From the human T2T-CHM13v2.0 reference genome, Homo sapiens: DNA of 64,000 nucleotides. The notes under the pieces were generated by a model, which saw nothing but the letters and a program-made list of their open reading frames with translations, had not been told where the DNA came from and searched no databases. Position numbers and translations under genes: made by a program. Each line of letters starts with the position of its first letter. Position 1 is the stretch's first letter. Below are positions 16,125-29,430 of this stretch, piece after piece. The stretch lies in NCBI RefSeq assembly GCF_009914755.1, contig NC_060926.1. One strand, given 5' to 3'.

Positions 16125-18000
16125 TATTTTTATTTTTAATTGACAAATAACAATGTATGTATTTATAGGGTACAATGTGATATTTCGATGCATGTATACA
16201 TTGTAGAATGAGCAAATCAAGCTAAGTAACATATCCAACACCTCACATATTTATCATTTCTTTGGGATTAGAACATTTAAATTCCACTTTTTTAGTGATT
16301 TTTGAAATACACAATATATTAATATTAACTGTAGTCATTTTGCTGTGCAATAAAACTCATTTCACCTGCCTAACTGAAACTTTATATCCTTTGACCAAAA
16401 ATTCCTCTTTCTCTATTCCTCCTCCCCAAATCCCTGTTAATTACAATTCCTCTGTCTACTTCTATGAGTTCAACTTTATTAGATTCAACATATAAGTGAG
16501 ATAATGTGATATTTGTCTTTCTGTGCCTGGCTTATTTCACTTAGCATAATGTCCTTTAGCTTCATCCAGTTGTCACAAATGACAGAATTTTGTTCTTTTT
16601 AAAGGCAGAATAGTATCCCATTTGTATATATCATGTATTTAAAAAAAATCCATTAATCTGTTGATGGGAACTTAGGTTATTTCCATATTTTGGCTATTGT
16701 GAACAATGCTGCAGTTATCATAGGAATGCAGCTAGCTCCTTGAGAAGTTGATTTTAATTCCCTTTAATACATACCCAGAAGTGTGATTGCTGCATCATTT
16801 TTAGTTTTTTGGGGAACCTCCATACTATTTACAAAATAGCTGTACTAATTTGCCTCCTTGCCAACAGTATATAATGGTTGCCTCTTCTCTCCATCTTCAC
16901 CAACACACATCTTGCATCTTTTTGATAACAGACCTTGTATTAGATGTGAGATGTATTTCATTGTGGTTTTAATTTGCATTTTCATGATGATGAGTTATGT
17001 TGAATATTTTTTTCATATATTTGTTGGCTTTTTGTATGTATTCTTTTGAGAAATGTCTATTCAGGTCCTTTGCCCATTTTTAAAATAGGGTTATTTGCTT
17101 TCTTGTTATTGAGTAGTTTGAGTTGCCTATGTATTTTGGATATGAGCCCCTTAGCTCATGTATGATTTGCAAATATTTTCTCCTAATTTGAGGGTTGTCT
17201 TTTCATTCTGTCAATTGTTTCCTTTGCTATGCAGTAGCTTTTTAGATTGATGCAATCCAGTTTGTCTCTTTGCTTTTGTTGCTTGTGATTTTGGGGTCAT
17301 ATGCAAGAAATCATTGCCCAAGCCAATGTCATGTAACTACCTCCTTATGTTTTCTTCTAGTAGTTTTATAGTTTTAGGTCTTATATTTAAGTCTTTAATC
17401 TATAATGAGTTGATTCTTATATAAATGGTGAGATATGGGTCCAATTTCATTCTTCTGAATGTAGATAACCAGTTTTTCTAACACCATTTATTAGAGAGAC
17501 TGTCCTTTCTCCATTGTGTGTTCTTGGCACTTTTATTAAAAATTCCTTAACCACAGATGTTAATTATGTTAATTTATTTCTGGGTTCTCTATCTGATTCC
17601 GTTGACTAATGTGTCTGTTTTTAAATCCCAATATTTTGAAGTTGGGTAGTGTGATGCTTCAAGCTTTGTACTGTTCATTCAAGATTGCTTTGGCAATTGG
17701 GTTTTTTTATGGTTTTATATAAACTTTAGAGTTTTTGTTCTATTTATGTGAAGAATAACATTGGAATTTTAACAGGGATTGCATTACATCTGTAGATCAC
17801 TTGGGGTAGTATGTACATTTTAACATTATTATTTCGATTTATGAACATGGGATGTCTTCCCATTTATTTGTGTCTTCTTGACTATATTTAAAGCCATAAA
17901 GCATTGATTGATCAATGCTTTATAGTTTTAGGTATACAACTTTTTTACCTCCTTGGTTAAATTTAGTCTTAAAAAGCATTTTATTTTATTTTTTGGTTAT
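16125..18000 (-). mobile_element. L1MA-type 3' fragment (~1.9 kb) nested in the old L1
   Basis: L1MA 3' UTR antisense (ttttaattgacaaataa...gggtacaatgtgat) continuing into ORF2. Possible degenerate TSD gggccatg at 16099-16106 and 18008-18015. Confidence 0.82.
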
Positions 18001-19100
18001 TTTCTTAGGGCCATGGCTTTGTGTTTGTTTGCCTGTCTTATAATTTTTTGTTGAAAATTGAATTTTTAAATAATATAATGTGTTGATTCTGGAAATTATA
18101 TTTTTACCTCATCTTTTTTTATTGGTTGTTGTTTTTGTTTATTTAGTGACTTTCATAACTAATATTATTTTTTCTGTATTTTTTTGTCCTATATGGTTAC
18201 TGAACTCTCTGCTTGGTTATGTTAGTGATCAGCTAATAATTGGCTAAATATCTTCCTAAATGACTAGAGCCAGTAAGTCTTCCAGTCTCTGCTGAGGGGT
18301 CTCTGTTCTCATGTTGGTGCATGCTTTTAACATTCAAACAGGCAGTTTACAGCTACACCTTAGCCTTTACCTCCTACTTGTGTAGAGTGTTAAGGTTATC
18401 CAGAGGTAAGAGTTTAGGTCCTTCTCATGTCTCTTTTGAGCATGTGTACAGCTCTACCTGCAAGCTTAGCCTACCCATACACGTGGCCTTCTGTATTATC
18501 AGAAATATGTTAGAGCTGTTCAAATCCCTGCATAGATATCTTACTACCCAGATTTTCCTTTTAAGCTTTTTTGTCAGCCTATTGTTACTCTAACTGTATC
18601 TACCACTTCAGGCAACCACAGAGTTAAACAATTGCCTATGATGGTTTCTGAGAAATGACCAAGAAGAAAAGGCTGTTCACAATGAGCAAGGTGCATGACA
18701 ACCTTGCAACTAGAGCCTTCCAAAGAACCACCAGATAGATTAAATCATTACAATTCTCTGTGAATGGAGCTTTGTAGGAGCCCCAACCTTGCTCTGCCCC
18801 TTCCATGGCTGCCATGCTGCTGGCTTGCACCATGATCATGGACTGCTAAAAGTCAAGGCTATACTGAAGCTGGACTGGGAAAGGGAAAGTTAAAATGTCC
18901 TAGAGCCCACTGACCTTACCTAGATTTAGCCACTTTTAATTTTTGAATAACAACTCCTTGGATTGATGTAAGCCTTTGGTTAGTTTCCAGTGTTCTGAGA
19001 GAGTTGATTCTGATAATTTTTTTTTCAATATTTCTCATTGCTTTTATGAAGGAGAGAATTTTCAGAGGGCCTTAGTTTGCCATTTTCACGAATGTCACCC

Positions 19101-19240
19101 CTATTATTCTTATTTTTCAGGGAAGAAAATAGAAGCCCAGAATGGTTAAGAATTTAGGTAACTTTCTCAAGCTAACACAGCAGGGCAGGAATTGAGATCA
19201 GACAGAATAAATCCAGTGCCTGAACTCTTAATCACTATTA
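19101..19240 (-). mobile_element. MIR fragment (possibly the other half of the MIR at 1460-1570)
   Basis: agcccagaatggttaag...aactttctcaagctaacacagc...ctcttaatcactat. Confidence 0.6.
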
Positions 19241-20647
19241 TGTACATGAATGCGCATGTTATATGCTCTGTTCAAGACTTCCAAATTTCTCACCAGCTAC
19301 CCTGTCCAGGCACCCCTGAAATCTTCATTATTAATCCTTTGGATTGAGGCATTTTTAATTCCTGTTAAAGGGCAAAGCAAGATTCTTTTGTGGAAATTAC
19401 ATTCATTAACATGTCATCATCATTTGGTCAGTAACATTGGGTTGCATTACTTACATTTAACATAACAGAAGAACTCTGCTTAGTTAGTAAAACAAAGAAA
19501 TATGCATTTTAATTAGCAATCACAGTAAAGTGATTTTTGCCCCCGAGATGCAGATTAGAGGCTTTATCAGCATGCCTCACCAACTTGGAAATAACAAAAA
19601 AGTGTGTAGAGATTTGCATTGTGAGCTTTTATTCAAGAAGAAACTTGGGAATTCACCAGAAAAGTGAAGGTCACTTTAGATCTTGGGGAAGAGAAAGTCA
19701 GCAAGCAGACTTCGTGGTGGTATTTGGCTGAGACCTGTGAGTGAAGCCCTGGTATGTGAGGAGGTGGAGAGTCTCCCTCTGTAATCCAGCTTTGTACTAG
19801 GGATTCCTACAACTCAGGCCATGGAAGAGCACCTTGTCCCTCCCACGCTTTGGAGGTAACTTGAGGAGAGGCCAAGAGACTGTGGAGGGAAAGACACTGA
19901 GACAAAGGCTGCAGACATTTTTCTAGTCCTGAGACCAATGGGAGGATGTCATTCTAAATCTGGATTTATCCCAAGCTGGGCAGTGTTCAGTGGCCTGGCA
20001 GCAAGGGCTGCTGCAGGAATTTGAGTCTCAGGCTAGAGACTGGAGTGCTTGGTCTGGAGTGGGGGAAGGGCTCCCACAGTCAGAATTGAGTGGCCAGTGT
20101 GGAATGCACTGCAGCCATAGGTGCTAGAGTTTGACTCTCTCCATTTGCAGGATTGGAATAGGAGATTTGCTGAAGATCTCCATACTGTGATTTTGTCTGC
20201 GCAGTGAGATTTGCAAAGAAGAACTACTTTGCGACCTGGGGCCAGTCTGCATGTGACAATGCTGGGTGCCTCAGCTTCCTCCCTTGATCAAATGGAGGAG
20301 TGAGCTCCTCTGGTTCTGAGGAGTAACAGGGATGTGGATCCCATACCCATTCATCTGGATTAGGAGCTTGGGCTGCCCTCCCTTCCTGTGCAAGGAACTT
20401 GGTGCTGCAGTGGTTTCTCTGCACCTCACCTGGTTATATCTCTAGGCATTTAGTGCACCTGCTCGCTTGAATTAGGGGCTTGGGCTGCCCCTCCCTTCTT
20501 GTGTGGAGAACTTGATGCAGTGGCAGTTTCTCTGCTTGTGCCTGGGCATGTCTCTGGTGTTTGGTGGCTGTCCTTCAGACCTTCTCAGAGCTGGTGCTTG
20601 TGCCTGCCCTTGGGAGCCCAGCTCTCTGTGCATTCCGCAGACCACAT

Positions 20648-20940
20648 TAGCAAAGATATGGAATCAGCCTAAGTGTCCATCAGTGGATGGTAGAATAAAG
20701 AAAATGTGGAAAAATACACTACTCGGCCATAAAAAAAAATAATAAAATCATGTCTTTTGCAGCAACATGAATGGAGCTTTGCTATTGTGAATAGTGCTCT
20801 GATAATCATGAGTGCAGGTTATCTTTTTGATAGAATGATGTCTTTTCTTTCGGTTAGATAACCCAGTAGTGGGACTGGTGGATCAAATAGTTCTATTTTT
20901 AGTTCTTTGAAAAATCTCCATACTGTTTTCCACGGAGGTT
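20648..20940. mobile_element. Old L1 ORF2-end fragment in two opposite-orientation pieces (+ 20648-20778, - 20779-20940)
   Basis: tagcaaagatatggaatc...gcagcaacatgaatggagct is followed by antisense tttgctattgtgaatagtgct...ccatactgttttcc. Confidence 0.8.
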
Positions 20941-21130
20941 CTTCTTATCATCATCATCTGTGTCTTCCTGTTCCGCTCCTTTGCATCAGCCTCAATAGTG
21001 GAGGAAAATCTTTACGGCATCTAGGGATCAATGCAGTTTGTGTTAAAAAAAAAAAAGTGTTCTATTAACAGTTCACCCAAAGAAACCACCAGGAGTATCT
21101 TCGCCATTTAAACATATTGTGTCATAAGTT

Positions 21131-21131
21131 T

Positions 21132-21165
<34 letters not shown>

Positions 21166-21300
21166 CGTATATATATATATACATATATATATACACATAT
21201 ATATATACATATATATATACACATATATATATACATATATATATACACATATATATATACATATATATATACACATATATATATATACATATATATACAC
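21131..21300. repeat. Long compound (TA)n/(TACA)n microsatellite
   Basis: ~170 bp of tatatata/tacatata/cacatata units. It explains the spurious Y/I-rich ORFs in the track. Confidence 0.97.
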
Positions 21301-22790
21301 AAAAATACACAGATGATATATTTATAATAAAATGCATAGAGATAATAAAATACACAGATAAAGCTAGATCTATTTTTATATCTTTCTGTGTTATTGACCC
21401 CACAGAGCTCTGCTTAGCTGACAGCTGTTTCTCTGGGAAAATATGCTTACGTTTCCTACTAATAGTGAAAGAGAATTTCCTGTAGCTTCAAGTTGATGAT
21501 GATAAGCCCATGGTTTAGGGCTGGCGTTTAGCAGGGCAAAGATGGGAAGCAATTTTATTACACCCCCATACCGCCACACACATCCACACATACACATTCA
21601 TACCCACGTAATAGCTGGGTGTAACTTTGTCATGATTTGGGGGATATATATATATCTCATCTTATATAGTTTTGTATGTCGTCTTTTGAGAAATGCCTAT
21701 TCAGGCATTTCATCTACCTTTCTGTTAAAATCTTCCTTCTCTTCCTGTCCTTCTCCAATGGAGTCAACTCTGAAACATGCAGGGTCTCACTAGACCCAGG
21801 AGAAACAGTAAAAAGTTGTACTCTGCCTTACAAAAATGTATGAGAAAGCCATGCCTGAGTCATATGCATGGTAACCATATGTATGGTGACCATATAATTT
21901 GTCACAAAGCTGGCAGAGATCTGAGAGTGAAAGGGGAAATTTTTAATAATTACAAAAAGGCAGCAGATGAAAGCTAGATGAAGAAAACTGAGACATATGG
22001 TCATGCTACTTAGAAGAGAAGATAATAAAATATGTTTTCTAATATCCATTTTATAATTAGATTTGAATGCCAAATATCATTGATATTGCAAGTGTTTTAT
22101 TATACCAACCCCTTTTGTCTGATGAAATGTGAGTCTCGATTTACATTCTAGCTTATATAATTCTGAGGAAGAGGTTCCAGGAGTGTTTCAATGTGCTCCC
22201 CCACAAAATAGCCTGAGATGTGTGTTTTTTGAGCAATGTGACACATTGATTTGGAGTTCCAATATGGTACTCAGAGATGCACTTCCTGTTTTTTTTGAGG
22301 AAATATCCTGTCTTGGCTTAAGGTTCCTTTGATGCACAGGCCTCTGCTAAAGCAGCTTGATTTTCCAGATTAGCTCACAAGCCAGGATTTTAAACTTTTG
22401 AGAATGAGTAATAATTTGGACTCCTGTATATCTGGAGTCTGAAACCAATGGCTCTCATTTAACCATCAACATAGATCATAGGCAGTACTCAATTTACCAA
22501 TATGAGGAATGTCAAATATTCATTAGAGAGTTGGCTGTTTGGTACTGGAATTTATTTTCTCATGAAGAGATTAGTTATTAGATTCTAAGTCTTGGCAACA
22601 GAGTCCTTTAAAACCCTGAATGTGCCATATTTTTGACCCCACAAGGCTCTGCTAGTGCCACTTAGAAGAGACAGTCTTTCTGTAAAATGTGGGCAAGGAT
22701 TTCCTCCAGCTCCAAGTTCCTGATGTTAGGACTCGTGGTGTGAGGCTGGGGTTTTAGGAAGGTAGGACAGGGCCATGGGCTCTAGACTGC

Positions 22791-23287
22791 TGCGTTTCTT
22801 TTTCATCACTGCTGTAGCAAATTACCACAGACTTAGTGGCTTAAAACAAAAGCCACAAATTAACTATCTTACAGCCCTGGAGATCAGAAATCCTAAATGG
22901 GTCTCACGGTGCCTTAATCAAGGTGTTGGCAGGGCTGCATTCTATCTGGACATTCCAGGGAGAATCAGTATCCTTGCCTTTTCTGGCTTTCAGAGACTTC
23001 GGGCATTCCTTGGCTCATGACTGTTTTCTTCCATCTTCAAGTCCAGCAGCAGTGGTTTGAGTGCTTCTCATGCGGCCGTCTGTCTGGATCTCTCTCTTCT
23101 GCCTTCCTCTTCTATTTATAAGGACCCTTGTGATTACATCGGGCCCGCTGATTAATGCCGGATCAAGGCCAACTGGTTAGCAAACTTAGTTCCATCTGCA
23201 ACTTCACCTCTCTGTTGCCATATAAGGTACCATATTCACATGTTTCAACAATTAGGACAGAAATGTTTGAGGGGCCATTATTCTGCC
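22791..23287 (-). mobile_element. MLT1 (MaLR) solo LTR
   Basis: ctgctgtagcaaattaccacagacttagtggcttaaaac...aaggacccttgtgattacat...ggggccattattctgcc. Confidence 0.88.
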
Positions 23288-25679
23288 AAAGATACCCAGG
23301 AGTAAGGGGTCCTGTCTAAGTATCACACCCAATTAGTTGCTAAGTTTTACCGATACTATTTCATAACTTTATGTAGAACCACCTCTACCTTTTACATCTC
23401 CCTGACTGACTTATTTAACATAATTGGTTATTTAGCACAATTATTTAGTATAAATGGTTAAAACTTCTTGGTCTAGTAAAGCATGCCGTATCCCGGCATC
23501 TTACTGACTCTCACCCAAGGCAATAGTTTTCCAATAAATTAATAACTACACGAGTCATAGAAAAAACAATGATTGAGCTTTTAGCAGTAAAAATTATTGA
23601 GTGCTAAAGTGATCTAGGCAGACCTCATTGAAGGGGCTAGCCTTAAGGAAGAATGATGGATGCACAGGAGAATTTTCCAGAGGGTATTTCTTGGGATAAA
23701 TGCAAAGATATTTGGTTAGTAAAGAGTAAGGTTAGTGTCAGGCAAGTGGTGTAAACTAAGAAGAGGATGCTGGAGGCTTTTGAGTTTCAACCTAATTATT
23801 TTAAACTAGATGTGTAAACTTACCGGCACTTGATTGAAATGTACATATTGGCCTTCCGAAGAGCGTGAGATGAGGCTGTGTTCTGGCTAGCCTAATCCTG
23901 CCTGTGAAGAGGAACTGTAAGGCACTGATATTGCTCTGCTCCACTTCTGCCATGTGGAATGCAAATGCACGGTGACTGCAATTTCACCAAGAGCCTGCTA
24001 GGTAAGCCACCCTATTTGCAGCATCTCATTCAAGGAAACTCCAGTTCAGCATCTAATAATACCTGAAAAGTAATCTAAATTTTTTGACTTTGGTCTTAAG
24101 CTAATGCCAAAGAGGGATTACCTTCATCCTACAGAGCCAAATTTTCAAAGTCACCATCTCTCTTAGACTCCCATACACAGCCAGGTTTCTGCCCCCTCTT
24201 TCTCCCACTCAAAAGACCTTTCCAGCTACATAGATTTCCTGGTTTCTGCGTCTTTCTCACTCTCTTTCCTTTAATTTGTTTCTCTTCAATTTGGTGAAAA
24301 TGCAGCTAGACCCTTGTTCTCGATTTATAAAAGCAAAGCCAGTTTCTTCTTAGCGGGTAGCAAGGGGACAGGCTGTTGATGCTCACACATTAATATGTTC
24401 TTCCTGCCGCATTTAAATAGAGAGAGAGAGAGAGCAGAAAGGCCAGGACTGGCGAGTACTGCAGAGCTACCAGCAGGGCAGTCCCCAGGCAGCTGTGGCC
24501 TTCGCTGGGCTAATGGAATCAGTGTTGTGGTGCAGTGAGACTCCGCAGGAGCCAAACCAAAGCCATCACTGAGGGGGCTGCAGGAAGAGGAGAACCTTGC
24601 TGGGGTTTCACTTTAATGGATGCATTTTACAAATATTGGATTTTAGCTCACTTGAGAAATAATTCAACTCCAACTCTGGTTGTACATATTAAATTATAGC
24701 AGTGGTGAGGCAAATGAAGAGGTGCTTAGCAGATTTAAGTGAAGAATTAATAGAGCAGATATTGGTAGCGTGAAACGAGTGCCGCGTCGATCTCATCTAA
24801 TGGCGCATTACACACAGCACCAAAATAGATACTGTGGTCACAGCACTTATCTTTCCTGTAGCACCTGATGGCTGAAGGTCTTAAAGAACTTTGCAAATTA
24901 CCTTCTAAAGTAATTAAATCTCTGCCTGGAAATAGGGGTGGAGAAAGGAGAAACCATCTGTAAAATAAAATGCAAAGACTCACTTTCTCTGGCCGTCTTT
25001 AATGCTGGCTGGCAGGATGGGTTTCTCTCTTTGCCTCCACGCGCATTTTTATGGAGCTGATAGTTGATGAGCAACATTGGACTCATCAGCATTGGTCTTC
25101 CTTGGGACTACCATAAATCCCACCTTATTGGTAGATTCATTCCCATCAACCCTCCTAGAAATGATGACCTCTTCTGACCTAATGAAACACTTAAAACAAG
25201 GAAGCAAATACGAAGCACCTTGTTTTATTAGTGGCCTTACCTCCCCAGTCAAGTTCTTGTCTTTTTGGGAATATGGGCCGCTTTTATTCCTCTCTCTTTC
25301 TTTTGTTTTAGAAGCACCCAGCATGGTAGTTCACACATAAGTGGTTCTATGGGCAATATTCAAAATATTTAACAACTTGTACAAATGGGGTACCAACCAG
25401 TCAGAAAAGATGCTGGAAGCTGACACCCAGTGCTGCCATGCCACTGTGAACTCACCCAATTTCAGCCCTGTGGGACTCAGAATTACTCATTAAACTCATA
25501 AGATGGACCCAGGCTATGAACAATTTCTTCTTCTGGAGCAGAGGATGTTGCCAATGTGAGTAATGCTATTGGAAAGTTATAACATCATTATTTTAGAAGT
25601 GGACAAACATTTGTAAGTAACTTCCTGAAAAGATAAGGAAGGCTGCAAATTGCATTGAGGTTTTATACATAATAACAAT

Positions 25680-25835
25680 ATGATGACACTAATAATGACA
25701 TGTCACCAATTTTTATGGTCCTTTATAAGTAATTAAAAAATGTTCACATTCACATTCTCATTTCAATTTCTTAGCAACTCTGAGCTGATAAGGTGTCTCC
25801 ATATTACAGATAAGGAAATTGATCCTCAGGAAGAT
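25680..25835 (-). mobile_element. MIR fragment
   Basis: ctccatattacagataaggaaattga matches the MIR core in antisense. Confidence 0.6.
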
Positions 25836-26185
25836 TGTGCTCTGTGCATGCTGGCATGAAAATACACCTCCTCACACATGTATGCATGCACAGGGCTAGG
25901 AAAGATGAGATGCTTGTGCCTAAGAAGAAGAGAGTCCAGAGAGCTGAACAATTATGGGATTGCTTAAGACTATATATAATGCACACAATGAAATTTCAGA
26001 AAATGTACAGAAATGATGGCTAGCCTCTCAAGGGCCTGAAGCTTCCTAGCAGAGGAGTTATTCAGAACAGGACTTTTGAGACACTCAGAAGATGAAGCAA
26101 CAACAGGACTTTGAGTGTATATGTTTATACTTAAATAATTGGTTAAAACTTCTTGGTCTAGTAAAGCCTGTCATATCCTGGCATC

Positions 26186-26340
26186 CAATGGTGGACTTTC
26201 AGAAGGATCTCTGAATGGCCTGAAATTGTATCCAGCACTTTACGTATATGCAGAGGTGTGAACTTATCTGGGGAGTGAATCCACAACTTTTCACCAAATG
26301 TTCAAAAAATTTTCATCCAGAATAGTTTAATAATCACTCC
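26186..26340. mobile_element. hAT-Charlie non-autonomous relic (MER103-like)
   Basis: ctgaaattgtat...tctggggagtgaatccacaacttttcaccaaatgttcaaa...ttaataatcact resembles the MER103 consensus as recalled. Confidence 0.5.
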
Positions 26341-26471
26341 TTCAAGGAGTCTCAATTATTTACCTGAAATGAGAAATAGAGTAATATTGGTTTAGGATTA
26401 CCTTCAATAATTTGCAGACTCATAATGATGTATAAGTCTAAACATTTTATTAACCCATACAATCCTCATGA

Positions 26472-26820
<349 letters not shown>

Positions 26821-27089
26821 TTGCTTTTCTATTTCTGCAATTTCCTGCTTCCTCAATCTGCTTTTCTCATAGCCTCAACTTTACAATTTTCTGCACCTCT
26901 GGGTAACTTTCCTCTTACTACTTCAGACTATCCAAAGAGCTTCAATAATCCCACTGGAGAACAACATGTTTCTACCACAAGCCTCCACCTGGTAATGCCA
27001 TCACCCAGACCCTCTGCTTCACACATAAATCTTCCTGTCCATATTATGCCCAAGAGTAAAATTTTTTAAAAAAAGCTATTTCTATAATA

Positions 27090-27140
27090 TTTTTGCCATT
27101 ACTTTCAATGGCAAAACCGCAATTGCTTTTGCACCTAATA
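27090..27140. mobile_element. MADE1 (Hsmar1-derived mariner MITE), partial
   Basis: ttttgccattactttcaatggcaaaaccgcaattgcttttgcacctaata matches the MADE1 centre, right TIR and TA target. Confidence 0.8.
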
Positions 27141-27289
27141 CATAAATCATTATTTCCCAATTTATCAACTTGTTGATGACAGTAACGTATTGATTGGCTT
27201 GGCTTTCAAATGGAAAGTAATAGAAGTTAATAACCCACATTTGTTATACCTTGTTAATAGTTCAGGCTATAGGGGATCATAGAAAAGAC

Positions 27290-27400
27290 TGGAAATTGGG
27301 ACATTTGGGATTCATTCCAGCTCTACCATCGCATGCTCTTAGCACAATGTTTAACCTTTTCTCACCTCTGAAATGGCCTCAATTGTAAAAGGTCCTTTCT
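27290..27400 (+). mobile_element. MIR fragment
   Basis: gggattcattccagctctacca...ttaacctt...tgtaaaa. Confidence 0.45.
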
Positions 27401-29269
27401 GACAAACCATTATGTGTTCTTTAATCGGCCACTTAGGCAGACAGACCATCATTTTAGAAAGACGTCCAACAAATCAAAGCTATCTCAGAGTTTCCAAAAT
27501 GCTTTCCTCATCTATTGCTTAATCAGTGGTTTGTAAGAAATAACTGTGATTATCAAAGAACAGGGCACCACTTTTACAGCTTTCTTTAAGGAGGGAAGCC
27601 AGGCTGTGGCTGGGCAAGCTCAATAAATCATTGGTATTGGGAATATATTTGTGAGTTTCCCTGCAGATTGTGTAATTATTGCATCCTTTTATTTCCAACA
27701 CTCATAAGTGGGGATTAGAGCTGACATTTGGTAACTGAAAGAGTGTTCTCCCTTTCACAGCATAGTTAGTGGTAATTATTAAGAACTGTGTTTCTCTCTG
27801 GAGGGTTTTCTTTTGCTAGCTGCCTCAGAGCTCCTAGCCTTTCACATGATCTGCACTGGGTGGGCTCTTCAGGACATCTAAGACCACCACCAACAGCTGC
27901 TAAAACCCTTTCAGAAGAAGGAACAGGTTGCAGTTTGCTCCTGAGAGTTTGTTTAGTCAATTTCCGAGACGTTAAGAGACAAAGCGTGTTTAAGATTTTT
28001 ATGTTTTAAGTTAGTAGGTGTCTTCCTTCTTCTGGTTTAAAGATAGAGAGGATGATGTGCTCTTTTCCTTCATTGTTCCTAATTGCTTACCTTGCCCAAA
28101 AGCATATTTAGGGTCCACATTCATTGGGCCCTCACTGCATGCCGGACTCAGTGCAGACTCACACACGCATCACGATGACCCTAAATAGGACACAATGTTA
28201 GAGAACAGACACACAGACAATAATATTGTTATTATTATTAATATTATTATTATATATACAGGAGTGTGACCCTATCAGCTCAAAAGGAGTCTGCGTTTTC
28301 CCCTGGCACCCACCCTATGGCTTCACACTTTCACACCCTTTAGAGGAATTTCTTTTCTCATGATTGTTAACGCTTTTCTACCTATAATGGCATTAGGGTT
28401 GATTGGCAGTTTTTCCCAATGTCACTTAGGCTCACCCTCATCAGACACACATAAATGGGCACATACACGATGTCCTCCCCCTCCCAAACACACAAACACA
28501 AGCACAAACACATATGCATGTATATATATCATGGAGCTCCAATGCATGCGCACATGCATACACATACTTATGGCGTGCAAAAGCCCCAGAATCTTAAACA
28601 GTACATATTTCAAGACCTCTGTTTTCTCTGGCCTTGGACTATGACTCCTGCTGTGCTTTGAACCACCCCCTCCTTTCTCTGCCTTCCTCTTCTTGGGCAG
28701 CACATCCTATTTCCTGCATCTTCTGCCTCCCGCTAATTAAGGATGGAGGCATATAGGGCTGAGGGATTTAGAAGAAAGGCTATGCCTGCATGTGTGCAAG
28801 ACGTTTTAGGCCAATAGAGGACTGAGATTAGGCATGAGGTTGGGCCTGGGACCTAATAATGGGGCCCTGGGGATACTTCTGGGTTCACACTGGGACATAA
28901 AATCATCCACTCAGAAACTCTAAGTAAGAGGGCTGGTCTGGCAGCCTGAGGTGAGGTGCAGGCCTAGGGATTTGTGAAGAACAACCTTGGCTCTTCCCTC
29001 CACTCCTGCCCCACTCCTGCTCTTTACAGATGCTCCATGTTGACTCAGCAATAAAGACACGAGATTCACAATAGCGTGATTGTAGAGGCACACACTTCCC
29101 ACACTAATGGCTGGTGCCAGAAACTCCCTTTAAAATGAACCAAGTCTGATTTATCCTTATCCTTATCCCAAGTTTAAAGATACAGGGGAGGATGTGGATG
29201 TCCTGGGAGAGTGGACAAAGTGGCTTTCACATCCTCCTAAGAAAGCAAAGGTGTGACCTCAGCACAAGG

Positions 29270-29430
29270 GGTTAGAGCTGGGAAGAATGGCCTTGTCTCT
29301 TAGCTTTGTCACTGATCCACTTGGTGGCCTCAGCCAAGCCACCTCCTCTCTCTTGTCTCTTATCTATTTCCCTTATTTAAAATGGAAGGAGTTGCTTTAG
29401 AAAACCTTGAAAGCCTTTCCAGTGCTAACT
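29270..29430 (+). mobile_element. MIR fragment
   Basis: gctttgtcact...tatttccttatttaaaatggaaggagtt...ctttccagtgcta. Confidence 0.55.

Noticed and set aside
21073-21485. Tyr/Ile-rich ORFs
   Set aside because: They are translations of the (TA)n/(TACA)n microsatellite.
21861-21895. 15-bp tandem palindromic units (catatgcatggtaac/catatgtatggtgac)
   Set aside because: Only ~2.3 copies; consistent with ordinary slippage and has no spacers.
24563-24580. Possible CTCF site (tcactgagggggctg)
   Set aside because: Spacing deviates from the CCASYAGRKGGC core and cannot be supported without a PWM scan or ChIP.
27090-27140. Hairpin as a miR-548-type miRNA
   Set aside because: This is a MADE1 remnant with most of the left arm missing, so the stem is too short.
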